A stretch of DNA of 64,000 bases from NCBI GenBank assembly GCA_016214845.1, contig JACRMS010000032.1, forward strand, positions 18,655-82,654, written 5' to 3'. The stretch is from Nitrospirota bacterium. Lineage in GTDB: Bacteria; Nitrospirota; Thermodesulfovibrionia; UBA6902. Positions 47,692 to 59,123 of this stretch are shown in pieces (position 1 is the first letter of the stretch; each line of letters starts with the position of its first letter). The position numbers and the translations under genes were made by a program. The notes under the pieces are model-generated. The model saw nothing but the letters and a program-made list of their open reading frames with translations, was not told where the DNA came from and did not search any database.

Positions 47692-49482
47692 CTATTTTAC
47701 TTTCAGCACTGCTAAAAACGCCTCCTGCGGCACCTCGACCCTGCCCACCTGCTTCATCCTCTTTTTGCCCTCTTTCTGTTTTTCCAGCAGCTTTCTCTTT
47801 CTCGTTATGTCGCCGCCGTAGCATTTGGCAAGGACGTTTTTCCTCATGGCCTTGATGGTCTCACGCGCGATGATCTTACTCCCTATCGTGGCCTGAATGA
47901 CTACTTCAAACATCTGCCTCGGGATCTCTTCGCGCAGTTTTTCAGCGACCTGTCTTCCCTTGCTGTAGGCCTTGTCCTTGTGGACTATCATTGAAAGGGC
48001 GTCAACGGGTTCTCCGTTTAAAAGCAGGTCCAGCTTGATAAGCTGCGATTCCCTGTAGCCCGTGAATTCATAATCCATTGAGGCGTAACCGCTTGACAGC
48101 GATTTTAGTTTATCATAAAAGTCCCATAAAATTTCATTCAGCGGCATCTCGTAAGTGACCACTATCCGGTCCTTGCCAATATAATGAAAATCCTTCTGCA
48201 CCCCGCGCCGTTCCTGGCAGAGTTCGAGAATTGAGCCGATATATTTTTGAGGCACGAAGATCACGGTTTTGACAAAAGGCTCTTCAATCCACTCATAGCT
48301 GTCAGGAAGCTTCGCCGGACTGTCGATAAATACGATGTCCTCGGGTTTTTTTACAACTTTATAAATAACAGTAGGCGCCGTGTTGACGAGCTCAAGCTTG
48401 AACTCTCTTTCAAGGCGCTCCTTTATTATCTCCATGTGCAAGAGGCCCAAAAAGCCGCAGCGGAAACCGAAGCCGAGCGCGGAAGATGTCTCTGGCTCAA
48501 AGCTGAAGGACGCATCGTTAAGCCTCAGTTTTTCGAGCGCGTCTTTCAGGTCCGCGTACTGGTTGGCTTCAGTCGGATAAAGACCGCTGAACACCATCGG
48601 TTTTATATCTTTGTACCCAGGGCAGGGTTCGGGAGTCGGGTTGTCGGCATCGGTGATGGTGTCGCCGACTTTTGTCTCTGCCACATTCCGTATGCTCGCA
48701 ATGATATAACCGACCTCGCCGGCATGCAGGGAATCAACCGTTTTTTTATGAGGGGTAAATATGCCGACCTCCAGCACCTCGTAAGTATTCTGTACGGCCA
48801 TGAGCAATATCTTTGAACCCTTCTTCACCTCACCGTCAAAAAGCCTGACGAGCACTATCACTCCCTGATAGTTGTCAAACCATGAATCAAAGATAAGCGC
48901 CTTGAGAGGACGATCATTATCGCCAGTGGGCGGCGGCACTTTTTTAACGATCGCTTCAAGCACATCCCTCACGCCCGTGCCTTCTTTCGCTGAAGTCAGT
49001 ATTACGTCTGAACAGTCAATGCCGACGGCTTCCTCAATCTGCGCCTTCACCCTCTCAGGTTCTGCGCTTGGCAGATCGATCTTGTTTATGATCGGGATTA
49101 TCTCAAGGTTGTGGTCCATTGCCAGATAGGTGTTTGCGAGTGTCTGGGCCTCAACCCCCTGCGATGCGTCAACTACGAGGATGGCGCCCTCGCAGGAAGC
49201 CAGGCTTCGCGAGACCTCATAAGAAAAGTCCACATGCCCCGGGGTATCTATCAGGTTGAGTATATAGTCCTTTCCGTCAGACGCTGTATAATTCAACCTC
49301 ACAGCGTGCGCCTTGATGGTAATGCCGCGCTCCTGTTCCAGGTCCATTGAATCCAGCACCTGCTTGGACATTTCCCTTTGCGTGAGCGCGCCGGTGATTT
49401 CGAGTATGCGGTCGGCGAGCGTGGATTTACCGTGGTCTATGTGGGCGATAATGGAAAAATTTCTAATGTTGCTTCCGGACAT
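47692..49482 (-). CDS. lepA: Elongation factor 4 (LepA)
   Basis: [14 protein letters not shown]1 motif; 596 aa. Confidence 0.95.
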   Translation of the reverse strand: MSGSNIRNFSIIAHIDHGKSTLADRILEITGALTQREMSKQVLDSMDLEQERGITIKAHAVRLNYTASDGKDYILNLIDTPGHVDFSYEVSRSLASCEGAILVVDASQGVEAQTLANTYLAMDHNLEIIPIINKIDLPSAEPERVKAQIEEAVGIDCSDVILTSAKEGTGVRDVLEAIVKKVPPPTGDNDRPLKALIFDSWFDNYQGVIVLVRLFDGEVKKGSKILLMAVQNTYEVLEVGIFTPHKKTVDSLHAGEVGYIIASIRNVAETKVGDTITDADNPTPEPCPGYKDIKPMVFSGLYPTEANQYADLKDALEKLRLNDASFSFEPETSSALGFGFRCGFLGLLHMEIIKERLEREFKLELVNTAPTVIYKVVKKPEDIVFIDSPAKLPDSYEWIEEPFVKTVIFVPQKYIGSILELCQERRGVQKDFHYIGKDRIVVTYEMPLNEILWDFYDKLKSLSSGYASMDYEFTGYRESQLIKLDLLLNGEPVDALSMIVHKDKAYSKGRQVAEKLREEIPRQMFEVVIQATIGSKIIARETIKAMRKNVLAKCYGGDITRKRKLLEKQKEGKKRMKQVGRVEVPQEAFLAVLKVK

Positions 49483-49576
49483 GGTGTTACCTTTGATAAA
49501 CCACAGGGGGCACAGAAATTACAAGAAGTTGAGAGGATAAGAATGTGTTCTCTGTGGTTAATTGCATAATTTTGGA

Positions 49577-50566
49577 TTAAAAAGACTGGCTTAACGCTTT
49601 CTGAGACGCTGATAGTTTCTTAAAGAGAAGCCCCGCGGCCCCGAGAGAACCGGCATCTTTTCCCAAGGTGCTTTTCAGAATTTTTATAGGCGACGCAAAA
49701 GGTTTAAAGCTGCGTTTGAAAGCCTCTTTTGTCAGCTCCCCGATAAATAAATCCCACGCTCCTATAAGCCCGCCGCCGATGATCACAGCCTCGAGGTTGA
49801 ATATATTTATCATATTTGATATCCCGGTGCCGAGATAATATCCCACTTCCCTGAAGATCTCCCTGCTCAGGTTGTCGCCGTCAAGGGCCTTTTGAAAAAC
49901 AAGTTCAGGGGTGATCTTATAATAGTTGCCTTCACAGCAATCGGACAACGAGCTTTTAGTGCCGCTCTCAATGGAAGTAATCGCCCTGTCTATAATGGCC
50001 CTGCCGGACGCGTACGACTCAAGACAGCCGTAGCTGCCGCAGGGGCAGGCGCGTCCGTTTGGCTCAATGATCATATGCCCTATTTCAAACGGGCCTTCAT
50101 ACAGCCCTCCTTTATAGATATGACCTCCCCCCAATCCCGTGCCAAGGGTCAGGACAATGAAATTATTTATGTCCTTGCCGGTGCCGACCCATTTCTCGCC
50201 GTAGGCATTAGCGTTGGCATCATTTTCAACAATAACGGGAAGTGAAAACGCCCTTTCAAAAAGCTCTCCGATGGGAAGCCCGTTTATCGCGGAGATGTTG
50301 GGAGATTTCAGAACCAGGCCGTTTGTTCTGTCTATAAGGCCGGCAACTCCTATGCCTATACCGGCAATATCGTTATTGGATATCGAAGTTTCTTTACTTA
50401 AAAAATCCTTCAAGTCCCTGACTAACAATTCCTCAATGTTATTAGAGGTTGCTGCTGCAGCAGGAATGGTAGGGGTTTGCCGGCTGGCAAGCACCCTGCC
50501 GTCTTCAGTTACAAGAATGGTTTTAGTGTTTGTTCCGCCAATGTCCAGACCGATTGCAAGCTTCAT
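49577..50566 (-). CDS. ROK-family sugar kinase (glucokinase-like)
   Basis: LDIGGTNTK N-terminus and CPCGSYGCLESYASG zinc motif. Confidence 0.75.
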   Translation of the reverse strand: MKLAIGLDIGGTNTKTILVTEDGRVLASRQTPTIPAAAATSNNIEELLVRDLKDFLSKETSISNNDIAGIGIGVAGLIDRTNGLVLKSPNISAINGLPIGELFERAFSLPVIVENDANANAYGEKWVGTGKDINNFIVLTLGTGLGGGHIYKGGLYEGPFEIGHMIIEPNGRACPCGSYGCLESYASGRAIIDRAITSIESGTKSSLSDCCEGNYYKITPELVFQKALDGDNLSREIFREVGYYLGTGISNMINIFNLEAVIIGGGLIGAWDLFIGELTKEAFKRSFKPFASPIKILKSTLGKDAGSLGAAGLLFKKLSASQKALSQSF

Positions 50567-50729
50567 AGTTTTAACTTCTCCAATTATAGAAATAATATGT
50601 GCCGTGTATTTTTAATATGGTTATATAATATTCCAGATAGTTTGTAAATAAAAAGTTATCAGGCAATCCTAATGTTATCATAAGTAAAAAGAACGTGTAA
50701 AGGAGAGGGACGGTCAAAATTTTCTAAAT

Positions 50730-51752
50730 ATGAAAACCACTGAGATTGACGGCAGTTATGGCGAGGGCGGCGGACAGATTTTAAGGACAGCCTTGAGCCT
50801 GAGCTGCGTCACCGGCCATAAATTCAAACTCTTCAATATCAGAAAACTGAGAAGGAAGCCGGGTTTGATGCCGCAGCATCTTACCTGTGTCAACGCTGTT
50901 TCTGAAGTTTGCAATGCTGAAGTCATGGGGAATGAGGTTGGTTCAATGGAGCTTGCCTTTATTCCAGGAAAGATCAAACCGGGCGAATATTGCTTTGACA
51001 TTAAAACCGCGGGTTCAAGCTCCCTTGTCTTTCAAACCATTCTTCCTCCTCTCCTATTTGCGGAAGGCCCTTCAACCGTGACAATCAAGGGCGGAACGCA
51101 TGTGCCCATGAGCCCCCCCTATCACTACATTGCTGAAGTATTTCTTGCCATGCTGAAAAGAACCGGCATAAATGTGGAGCCATCGATAAATAAATACGGC
51201 TTTTATCCAAAAGGCGGCGGCGAGGTCAGTTTCAAAATTTCCCCGGTTGAAAATATTAAAGGCCTGAACGCAGTTTCAAGAGGCGAATTGCTCTCAGTTG
51301 ACGGGTATTCCGCTGTTTCAAACCTCCCGCTTCATATTGCGGAGAGGCAGAGAAATTCTGCGATGCAAAACCTCTCTCCTCTTACTGCAAACATTAAAGT
51401 TCTTGAAGCCCCTTCTTACGGGCAGGGGACATTTGTTTTTTTAAAGGGCGTATATGAAAACGGCCTTGCGGGATTTTCTGCCCTCGGCGCAAGAGGCAAA
51501 CGCGCAGAGGATGTCGGCAGGGAAGCCGCTGAGGCTTTTAAATATTTCCACAATACCTCAGCATGTCTTGACTTCAATCTTGCCGATCAGATAGTTATCT
51601 GCCTCTGCCTCGCGCGCGAGGCTTCAACTTTTACAACCTCGCGCATCACAAAGCATCTGATCACAAATCTCTGGGTGATTGAAAAATTCCTGGGAATCAA
51701 ATATCAGATTGAGGGCGAGATAAACTCACCAGGGAAAGTAAGTTTGATCTGA
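50730..51752 (+). CDS. rtcA: RNA 3'-terminal phosphate cyclase
   Basis: EGGGQILRTALSLS and PGLMPQHLT match RtcA; no rtcB or rtcR adjacent. Confidence 0.8.
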   Translation: MKTTEIDGSYGEGGGQILRTALSLSCVTGHKFKLFNIRKLRRKPGLMPQHLTCVNAVSEVCNAEVMGNEVGSMELAFIPGKIKPGEYCFDIKTAGSSSLVFQTILPPLLFAEGPSTVTIKGGTHVPMSPPYHYIAEVFLAMLKRTGINVEPSINKYGFYPKGGGEVSFKISPVENIKGLNAVSRGELLSVDGYSAVSNLPLHIAERQRNSAMQNLSPLTANIKVLEAPSYGQGTFVFLKGVYENGLAGFSALGARGKRAEDVGREAAEAFKYFHNTSACLDFNLADQIVICLCLAREASTFTTSRITKHLITNLWVIEKFLGIKYQIEGEINSPGKVSLI

Positions 51753-51778
51753 ACTGAAGGCTGAGTTCATCATGTGAA

Positions 51779-53320
51779 TTATGGCTTCCGGGAGGCCGCA
51801 GCTTTCATTATTAATAATGCCGAACAGATTATGCACAGGTACGCGAAAAGGTCGCCGTTTTGCGTATAGAAACTTTTCCGGTTTCCAGGCGAGATTGTTT
51901 CTGTCAATGCTGCTTCAACAAAGATATCGCTTTTGTTAATAATCCTTCCCCTGCTGTCAATAAAACCTGAGATGCCGGTATTCGCCGCCCTTACAACAGG
52001 CACCCTGTTTTCAACCGCCCGCAGCACTGCCATTGAAAAATGCTGGTAAGGGGCGGAAGTTTTGCCAAACCACCCGTCGTTTGTTATGGTCACAAGGACA
52101 TTCGCTCCATTGTAGACAAACTGCCTGACAAGCCCCGGAAAGATGATCTCATAACATATCAGATTGCCGATCTTCGCAAAAGGCGTCTGCATGACGGAGG
52201 CCTCTTTCCCGGAAAGAAAATCTCCGATGGCGACTGTTATCTTTTCAATAAAAGGGAAGAGCTTTCTCAGCGGCACATATTCGCCAAAGGGCACAAGATG
52301 GATTTTGTCATAGACTGAAAAAACCTTGCCTTCGGGCGACATCAGGACAGCGCTGTTTGACAGCTCGGTTTTGCCGGGCTGGATATTTTTGGGAAGGACG
52401 CTTCCAAACAGCAAGTAGGTTTTCAGCTCTTTCTGAAACGTGGTGATGTCTTCGGTAAGGTTTTTATCATAGCCAAAGACAAACGGCACGGCGGTTTCAG
52501 GCCAGACAATCAGGTCCGGGGAATCCGCTGAAGTTTTTTTTGTGAGCCTCTTGTAGATTTCAATGACGTCTCTCTGAAATCTCAAATCCCATTTTTTGTC
52601 CTGCTCAATATTTCCCTGCACCACGCTCACCTTTATTTTTTGTCCCTGACTGTTCTCCTTCAACTTTCCAAAGCCGTATGATATTGACGCCGAGATGATT
52701 ACAGCAAATATTATTAAACTTAAAGTGAGGGGCCACCGCGCAAATAGCGGCTGCTCCTTTCTTCTCTCGTGCAGATAGAAGGCCATGTCATAAATCGCGC
52801 CGTTTGTCGCGGCTACTAAAAAAGAGACACCATAGACCCCGGTAATGTCCGCCACCTGAATGAGAGGCAGGAATTCATATTGGGAATATCCGAGCATGGA
52901 CCAGGGAAACCCTGTCAGGGCATATGTGCGCACAAACTCAAGCGTTACCCATAAAACAGGTGCTATAAACAAAGCAGGAAGCCTGGAATTTCTACTAACA
53001 AAACTGAACAGTGTGGAGAATACCCCGACATAGACTGCAAGATAAAGACAGAGAACAATGAGTATCAGGACGCTTAAGGGAGCCGCAATATAGCCATAAA
53101 AATACATGGAATGAAATACCCAGTAAATGGTCCCCATAAAATAAACAAACCCCGTCAGCATTCCGGTCAGAAATGAACTTTTAGCATCTTTTCCCCGAAG
53201 TACGATAAAGAGCGGGACAAGGGCGAACCACGCGAGGGGATAAAAATCAAACGGGGGGAATGAAAAGACCAGCAGAAGTCCGGAGAGTACCGCAAGGGGA
53301 ATATCGGCCTTTTTAGTCAT
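51779..53320 (-). CDS. lnt: Apolipoprotein N-acyltransferase
   Basis: N-terminal multi-TM region plus a CN-hydrolase domain with Glu/Lys/Cys triad context (NLICYEIIFPG). Confidence 0.85.
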   Translation of the reverse strand: MTKKADIPLAVLSGLLLVFSFPPFDFYPLAWFALVPLFIVLRGKDAKSSFLTGMLTGFVYFMGTIYWVFHSMYFYGYIAAPLSVLILIVLCLYLAVYVGVFSTLFSFVSRNSRLPALFIAPVLWVTLEFVRTYALTGFPWSMLGYSQYEFLPLIQVADITGVYGVSFLVAATNGAIYDMAFYLHERRKEQPLFARWPLTLSLIIFAVIISASISYGFGKLKENSQGQKIKVSVVQGNIEQDKKWDLRFQRDVIEIYKRLTKKTSADSPDLIVWPETAVPFVFGYDKNLTEDITTFQKELKTYLLFGSVLPKNIQPGKTELSNSAVLMSPEGKVFSVYDKIHLVPFGEYVPLRKLFPFIEKITVAIGDFLSGKEASVMQTPFAKIGNLICYEIIFPGLVRQFVYNGANVLVTITNDGWFGKTSAPYQHFSMAVLRAVENRVPVVRAANTGISGFIDSRGRIINKSDIFVEAALTETISPGNRKSFYTQNGDLFAYLCIICSALLIMKAAASRKP

Positions 53321-53478
53321 CTAAGCCCTATGCCCTATGCTCTTTGCTCCCTGCTTTTTTAACGGTGTCGCATAGAAATTCTTCCACAGCCATTCTATGT
53401 TTCCAATCATTGGAACAGAGCTCTCCGGGACCATCAAAGTTGACAATTAAAAAAAATATGGGTTATGCTTTTCAGCAC

Positions 53479-53554
53479 GGGCAGTTAGCTCAGTCGGTAG
53501 AGCAAGGGACTGAAAATCCCTGTGTCCGCAGTTCGATTCTGCGACTGCCCACCA
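53479..53554 (+). tRNA. tRNA-Phe (anticodon GAA)
   Basis: GGGCAGTTAGCTCAGTCGGTAGAGCAAGGGACTGAAAATCCCTGTGTCCGCAGTTCGATTCTGCGACTGCCCACCA; CCA encoded. Confidence 0.85.
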
Positions 53555-53567
53555 CTTCCCCCCCTTA

Positions 53568-54383
53568 TCAATCCTCTTCCTGCGCCTCGGAAAAAATCGG
53601 GATATGGAAGACCTTGCTCATAAATTCCTTTGTGCGTTGATGCTGAGGGTTCACAAAAATATCGGGAGGACTGCCCACTTCAAGTATCTCGCCGTTGTCC
53701 ATGAAAACGACCCGGTCGGCAACCTTCTGGGCAAAACCTATTTCATGGGTGACAACGACCATAGTCATTCCCTCTTTTGCAAGCGAGATCATAACATCAA
53801 GCACTTCATTTATAAGCTCAGGGTCAAGCGCGGAGGTCGGTTCATCAAAAAGCATGACCTGCGGCTCCATCGCAAGGCTCCTTGCAATGGCCACGCGCTG
53901 CTGTTCGCCGCCTGATAACTGCGAAGGAAACGCATCGCGCCTGTGAGAGAGGCCGACCCTCTCAAGGAGCTTAAACGCCCTGTCCGATGCCTGTTTTTTG
54001 CTTAGACCTCTCACCTTGCGCGGGGCAAGGGTTATATTTTTTAACGCCGTCTTATGCGGATAGAGATTGAAATGCTGAAATACCATACCGACTTCAGCCC
54101 TTAATCCCGTCAGGTTTGTCCTTGGATCGGAGAGATACTTGCCGTCAACAATGATCTCGCCGTCGTCGATGGGTTCAAGTTTATTGATGGTCCTTAAAAG
54201 AGTGCTCTTGCCTGCGCCGCTCGGGCCGCAGATTACAATGACTTCTCCTTTGGCGATTTCGAGGGTGATGTTTTTTAAGACGTGATGATTATTAAACCAT
54301 TTATTGGCGTTAATAAACTTAATCAATGTGTTTAAACCGCTCCTCAGGGTCGTGGGGTTTAAAGTAGTTGCGCGCTGATGCAA
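53568..54383 (-). CDS. ABC transporter ATP-binding protein (polar amino-acid uptake type, GlnQ/HisP-like); orphan, start uncertain
   Basis: Walker [25 protein letters not shown], Walker [12 protein letters not shown]. The ORF-track start is a TTG. Homology begins about 19 codons in, so the real start is probably an internal TTG/ATT near 54326. Confidence 0.75.
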   Translation of the reverse strand: MHQRATTLNPTTLRSGLNTLIKFINANKWFNNHHVLKNITLEIAKGEVIVICGPSGAGKSTLLRTINKLEPIDDGEIIVDGKYLSDPRTNLTGLRAEVGMVFQHFNLYPHKTALKNITLAPRKVRGLSKKQASDRAFKLLERVGLSHRRDAFPSQLSGGEQQRVAIARSLAMEPQVMLFDEPTSALDPELINEVLDVMISLAKEGMTMVVVTHEIGFAQKVADRVVFMDNGEILEVGSPPDIFVNPQHQRTKEFMSKVFHIPIFSEAQEED

Positions 54384-54516
54384 ATGTATTATTTCAAATC
54401 ATAAAAATTTTGTCAATTAAAGCGTAAGGGCATCTTCCATAACGGATTCTTTGACATCTTTCCGTTAATTATTGTTAAATAAACCTTACGAAAATTCTTA
54501 ACTCACAGGAGTCGCC

Positions 54517-55812
54517 ATGTTAAAACTAAACCAGAAAAAATCAAAGGCATTATTTGAAAAGGCAAAACGCATTATCCCGGGCGGGGTGAACAGCCCTGTC
54601 AGGGCCTTCAAGGCTGTCGGCGGGGTCCCATTGTTTATACAGTCTGCGAAAGGCTCAAAGATCTACGACGTGGACGGGAACGAATTTATAGACTACGTCC
54701 TCTCATGGGGGCCGATGATCTTAGGTCATTCACACCCAACGGTAATCAAGGCCTTGCAGAAGGCCTGTGAAAGAGGCACCAGCTACGGCGCGCCCACACC
54801 ACTTGAGACAGAGCTTGCGCAGATGATCCGCAAGGCGTATCCCTCCATGGAAATCGTTCGGATGGTCAACTCCGGCACAGAGGCGACAATGAGCGCGATC
54901 AGGGTCGCCCGCGGCTTCACGGGCAGGGACAAGGCGATAAAATTCGAGGGCTGCTACCATGGCCATGCAGACGGACTGCTTGTAAAGGCGGGGTCAGGCG
55001 CAATGACATTCGGAGTGCCTGACAGTCCCGGTGTCCCGAAGGATTATGCGAGAAACACGATAACCGTTCCATACAATGACCTGAACGCGGTCAAAAAAGT
55101 TTTAGAGCAAAGCGCAAAGAACATCGCCTGCGTTATTATTGAACCTGTCGTCGGAAATATCGGCTGCGTGCTTCCGAAACCGGGCTTCCTCGAAGGGCTG
55201 AGAAGGCTGACCAAAAAGTACGGAGTTATCTTGATATTTGATGAGGTCATGACCGGATTCAGGGTGTCATATGGAGGAGCGCAAAAGGCATTCAAGATCA
55301 AACCCGACATGACGTGCTTAGGTAAAGTTATCGGCGGCGGCCTTCCTGTCGGCGCTTACGGCGGAAGAGAAGACATTATGAGGATGGTTTCTCCGGACGG
55401 CCCTGTTTATCAGGCCGGGACACTTTCGGGAAACCCGCTCGCAATGACAGCGGGCATTGAAACGCTTAAGATCATCTCGAAGCCTGACACATACAAACAA
55501 CTTATGACAAAATCGGCAGCGCTCGAAGAGGCATTGAGAGATGCGGCGAAACGCGCCGGGATAAAGACAAAGTTCTACAGGGCGGGATCAATGTTCTGCA
55601 CATACTTCACCGATACGGAAGTCGTTGATTACGCGACTGCCAAAAAAGCGGACGCGCAGAAGTTCGCGCAATTTTTCAGGAAGATGCTTGAGCGCGGGAT
55701 CAATCTGGCCCCTTCACAGTTTGAGGCCGGCTTTATGTCGCTCGCGCATTCAACCGCGGACATAAACAAGACCGCCCGCGCGGCATTCGAGAGTTTTAAA
55801 GAAATATCTTAA
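54517..55812 (+). CDS. hemL: Glutamate-1-semialdehyde 2,1-aminomutase
   Basis: 431 aa; class-III aminotransferase with [11 protein letters not shown]-terminus typical of HemL. Confidence 0.9.
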   Translation: MLKLNQKKSKALFEKAKRIIPGGVNSPVRAFKAVGGVPLFIQSAKGSKIYDVDGNEFIDYVLSWGPMILGHSHPTVIKALQKACERGTSYGAPTPLETELAQMIRKAYPSMEIVRMVNSGTEATMSAIRVARGFTGRDKAIKFEGCYHGHADGLLVKAGSGAMTFGVPDSPGVPKDYARNTITVPYNDLNAVKKVLEQSAKNIACVIIEPVVGNIGCVLPKPGFLEGLRRLTKKYGVILIFDEVMTGFRVSYGGAQKAFKIKPDMTCLGKVIGGGLPVGAYGGREDIMRMVSPDGPVYQAGTLSGNPLAMTAGIETLKIISKPDTYKQLMTKSAALEEALRDAAKRAGIKTKFYRAGSMFCTYFTDTEVVDYATAKKADAQKFAQFFRKMLERGINLAPSQFEAGFMSLAHSTADINKTARAAFESFKEIS

Positions 55813-55813
55813 G

Positions 55814-55884
55814 CCACAGATTTGCACGGATGAACACGGATAATACGTAAATGAAAAATCCGCGCAAATCTGCGCAAATCTGCG
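55814..55884. repeat. Inverted-repeat element copy B (CCACAGATTTGC ... GCGCAAATCTGCGCAAATCTGCGG) between hemL and ychF
   Basis: Left end ccacagatttgc; right end has two tandem gcgcaaatctg units. Related to the element at 46791-46871. Confidence 0.4.
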
Positions 55885-55901
55885 GCTGAAATTTTTGTGC
55901 T

Positions 55902-57011
55902 ATGAAATTAACGATCACAGGTTTTTCAAATTCAGGCAAGACGACGGTCTTCAACGCCCTCACAGGTTTGAACCTCGCGACAACTACATACCCTACGGTG
56001 ATCTCTCCCGATCTTGAGCCGCAAATAGGAATGGTCAAAGTCCCTGACGTCAGGATCGAGAGGCTGACGGCTGTCTTTGATCCGAAGAAGACCACTTACG
56101 CAACTGTTGAGTATGTCGATTACGCCGGTATCACAAAAGGCGATGTATCCCACAACACGAAGGTCTTCAATTTACTTAAAGACGCTGACGCGGTCGTGCA
56201 TGTTGTCAGGGCCTTTGAGGATGGATCGATCATTCATCCGATGGGAAGCGTTGACACGGTGCGGGATGTGAAGTCATTTGAGGCCGAGTTGATTTTAGGA
56301 GACCTTGAGCTTGTTGAAAAGCGGCTTCAGAAAATTGAAGAGCAGGCGAAAAAGGGCAAGAAGCAGGACGAGGCTGACAAACAGCTCTTGCTGAAATGCA
56401 AAAAGGCCCTTGAGGAAGAGATATCGCTGAGAAACCTCGAATTCAACGAAGAGGAAAAGAGGCTCATGCTCCCCTACCAGTTCCTTTCGACCATGCCTGA
56501 GATCATTGCACTTAACATCGATGAGAAAGACATCAATTCAGACAAGATAAAGAATTTCCAGAATGAGATAGAGGCGTATTTCAAAAGCGCCGGACAAAGC
56601 TCCGTGCCTCCGGTCTTATCACTCTGCGGGAAGATAGAGATGGAGATCGCCCAGCTCCCCGCTGATGAGGCAAAGGTATTTCTTGAAGACCTGGGAATTG
56701 CCGAACCCGCCATGAACATGCTTTGCAGGATTTCATATGCCGCGCTCGGGCTGATCTCATTTTTCACCGTCGGCAAGGACGAGGTCAGGGCGTGGACGAT
56801 TAAAAAGGGGACTACTGCGCAGATGGCTGCGGGCAAGATACATTCGGACATAGAGCGCGGTTTCATCCGCGCCGAGGTTGTCAGCTACGAGGACTACGTC
56901 TCTTCCGGAGAAGACATGGTCAAGGCAAAGGAGAAGGGGCTCTTCAGGCTTGAGGGCAAGACCTATCCGGTCCGCGACGGGGACATTATTAATTTCAAGT
57001 TCAATGTGTGA
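55902..57011 (+). CDS. ychF: Ribosome-binding ATPase YchF (Obg-family GTPase fold with TGS domain)
   Basis: P-loop GFSNSGKTT; the C-terminal RDGDIINFKFNV is typical of YchF. Confidence 0.8.
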   Translation: MKLTITGFSNSGKTTVFNALTGLNLATTTYPTVISPDLEPQIGMVKVPDVRIERLTAVFDPKKTTYATVEYVDYAGITKGDVSHNTKVFNLLKDADAVVHVVRAFEDGSIIHPMGSVDTVRDVKSFEAELILGDLELVEKRLQKIEEQAKKGKKQDEADKQLLLKCKKALEEEISLRNLEFNEEEKRLMLPYQFLSTMPEIIALNIDEKDINSDKIKNFQNEIEAYFKSAGQSSVPPVLSLCGKIEMEIAQLPADEAKVFLEDLGIAEPAMNMLCRISYAALGLISFFTVGKDEVRAWTIKKGTTAQMAAGKIHSDIERGFIRAEVVSYEDYVSSGEDMVKAKEKGLFRLEGKTYPVRDGDIINFKFNV

Positions 57012-57065
57012 AGATGCTCATTCAATCTTGCCGACTGCATCTGGAAATAACTTATGAAAGCACAC

Positions 57066-57365
57066 TCAGAAACCTTTTAACAGCATTACAACTTCCTTGC
57101 CGACTTTGACGGCAACCGCGCCGAGTTTCTCGATCCTGTTTTTCAGTTCAGCAAGGCTTTCATTTTTTGCGGAGGCTTCATTTACGGCTTTGATCAGCTT
57201 ATCATATGTTTCGGTATCAGTTACCTTTGGGCGTAACCGCTGAAGGTCGGAGGACGCTGCCTGCTGTAACGCCTGAATTTCTTCAGACAGCAAGGCATCT
57301 GTTTTTTGTTTCGATTCCTGCGATTTTTTTTTCAACTCAGCTTTTTTATCTTCCCTGTCGCTCAT
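57066..57365 (-). CDS. Hypothetical small Lys/Glu-rich coiled-coil protein
   Basis: 99-aa ORF; ATGA overlap with the upstream lipoprotein gene. Confidence 0.35.
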   Translation of the reverse strand: MSDREDKKAELKKKSQESKQKTDALLSEEIQALQQAASSDLQRLRPKVTDTETYDKLIKAVNEASAKNESLAELKNRIEKLGAVAVKVGKEVVMLLKGF

Positions 57366-58027
57366 CTGCCTTCTCCTTTTAATGTCCCTTTAATTTCCGA
57401 TTTAAGCTTATCGGCCTTCTCAATTATGCCTTCCGCCCTTGATAAAGCCCCGATAGCATTTTCAGCCTCAGTGGACGCAGCAGCGAGTTTCCGGTTAACT
57501 TCATCCTTCAAATCTTTTACTTTTAAAGTTTGAAGGACTTCATCCTGAACAGCCTCCACCTTGCGAATACTATTTAAATGAGCTGTTATTGCGGAGTTGG
57601 CCCGCATTATTTTGGAGAAGGCGTCATCAACATAGGCGAGAAGTTCTTTTTCCTGCCGGTCAATCCGGTCCAGCATCTCTTTCCTTTTGCCCTCAATTTC
57701 CTCAACAGCCACTTCGGCCCATAACTGAACATCTCCAAGGACCTGAGCAGGATCTGTCCCGTGTACGCGTTCAATCAATCCGCCATTTTTAACAAAGTCC
57801 TTAATGTAGGCTGGATTCCATTTGTTATATAGAAAGTCTTCGGTTTTGTTTCTCAAGCCCTCAAAATACGCATGGACCAATTCTCTGTAGGATGAGTGCA
57901 CAGCCTGGATGTCCTGTCCGACGGTATATGAAAGCTCAACAACTTCCTTTGGAACAGTTGCGCAGCCTGAGAAAATGAACAAGGCAATGATAAGCGGCAA
58001 GGCAAGATTTTTTGCAAGATTGGTCAT
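57362..58027 (-). CDS. Hypothetical coiled-coil lipoprotein
   Basis: Lipobox IFSGC; ~200-aa predicted helical region. Confidence 0.45.
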   Translation of the reverse strand: MTNLAKNLALPLIIALFIFSGCATVPKEVVELSYTVGQDIQAVHSSYRELVHAYFEGLRNKTEDFLYNKWNPAYIKDFVKNGGLIERVHGTDPAQVLGDVQLWAEVAVEEIEGKRKEMLDRIDRQEKELLAYVDDAFSKIMRANSAITAHLNSIRKVEAVQDEVLQTLKVKDLKDEVNRKLAAASTEAENAIGALSRAEGIIEKADKLKSEIKGTLKGEGR

Positions 58028-58115
58028 TGGTTTTCTCCTGTTGAATGAGGCATTCCCTCTTAATCGCTAAGGTCAACAATTATAACCAATAACCGCTATT
58101 TCATCCAGAGGGAAA

Positions 58116-58499
58116 TTACTTTATGATAACGGGCCTGCCGGGGGAAACCTGATATTCGCCGTCGTTCCATTGGATCCTGCCGGCGGCCGAATCATAGGAG
58201 ACGTAATTGTCCCTCGCCTTAATTTTCGCCTCAATCTCCACGTGTCTGCCGTCGCTGCCTATTAATTCGATAAGGTGTGTCCCCTGGTCCAGCGAAAAGG
58301 ACGTGATCCCTTCAATGGTCCGTGAAGTATCTTTATTTACATTACCCACAACACTCTTGCCGTCCACTAAAACGTCCGTCAGGGAAAATGTTTTTCCCGT
58401 CACTAACAGATCAACTCCTGCTTTTTGTGGAGAGCAGCCGGATGAGAAAAGGGCCAATAAGAGCAGCATGAACGGAATTAGCAAAATGTTGCCTCCCAT
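58116..58499 (-). CDS. Hypothetical small lipoprotein
   Basis: The internal ATG at 58499 gives MGGNILLIPFMLLLLALFSSGC (lipobox) with a GGAAGGAA RBS. The longer ORF-track start is implausible. Confidence 0.45.
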   Translation of the reverse strand: MGGNILLIPFMLLLLALFSSGCSPQKAGVDLLVTGKTFSLTDVLVDGKSVVGNVNKDTSRTIEGITSFSLDQGTHLIELIGSDGRHVEIEAKIKARDNYVSYDSAAGRIQWNDGEYQVSPGRPVIIK

Positions 58500-58554
58500 A
58501 GTTCCTTCCACAGTCATTAAAATATAGTTAAGGTCTGAGTTCAGCGGCGTGGAC

Positions 58555-58890
58555 TTAATGCCGGGTTTCCTGGCAGAACAAAACCCCCGGCAGTTTGGAA
58601 AGGGTTTCGCAGTTGAGGCCGCATTCGTAAACTCCCGCGACGGAGATCCGGGACAGTTCCTTTTGCGCGGCATCGCGGCATTCGTTTAATGACTTAAAAT
58701 GTCCGACTTCCCTGAAAACGCCCATGTCTTCTTTGTTGGGGTAAATGGTCGCAAGCCAGGTTTCTTTCCCTATGACCGTATTCAGCATCCACCGCGCCTT
58801 GAGACGGCTCTCTTCGGAAAAGACGAAGAACAAAACAGTAGCAACTGTCAGAACAAGAATCGCATAAGTTGAGATCCTGGTCAATGACAT
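58555..58890 (-). CDS. Hypothetical membrane-anchored protein with four Cys
   Basis: 111 aa with an N-terminal TM helix (YAILVLTVATVLFFVF). Confidence 0.35.
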   Translation of the reverse strand: MSLTRISTYAILVLTVATVLFFVFSEESRLKARWMLNTVIGKETWLATIYPNKEDMGVFREVGHFKSLNECRDAAQKELSRISVAGVYECGLNCETLSKLPGVLFCQETRH

Positions 58891-59123
58891 TGTCCCTCCC
58901 TCATCATCCGATACCCCTTTAACACAGAATGTTTTGCCGCTATATCAGCCCCGGAACCACAGCAGCGTATGTAAAAATTATAAAACAAAGAACCTCGTTC
59001 AATCCAGAAAAAAATTATGCTGAATGATTTACCAATAAAAAATTGCATAAAAAAACTTGAGCCGGTATCGCATATTAAAAACCCACAGGCACGCAAAATT
59101 TTATTGCGTCTGAAAAAAACTCT

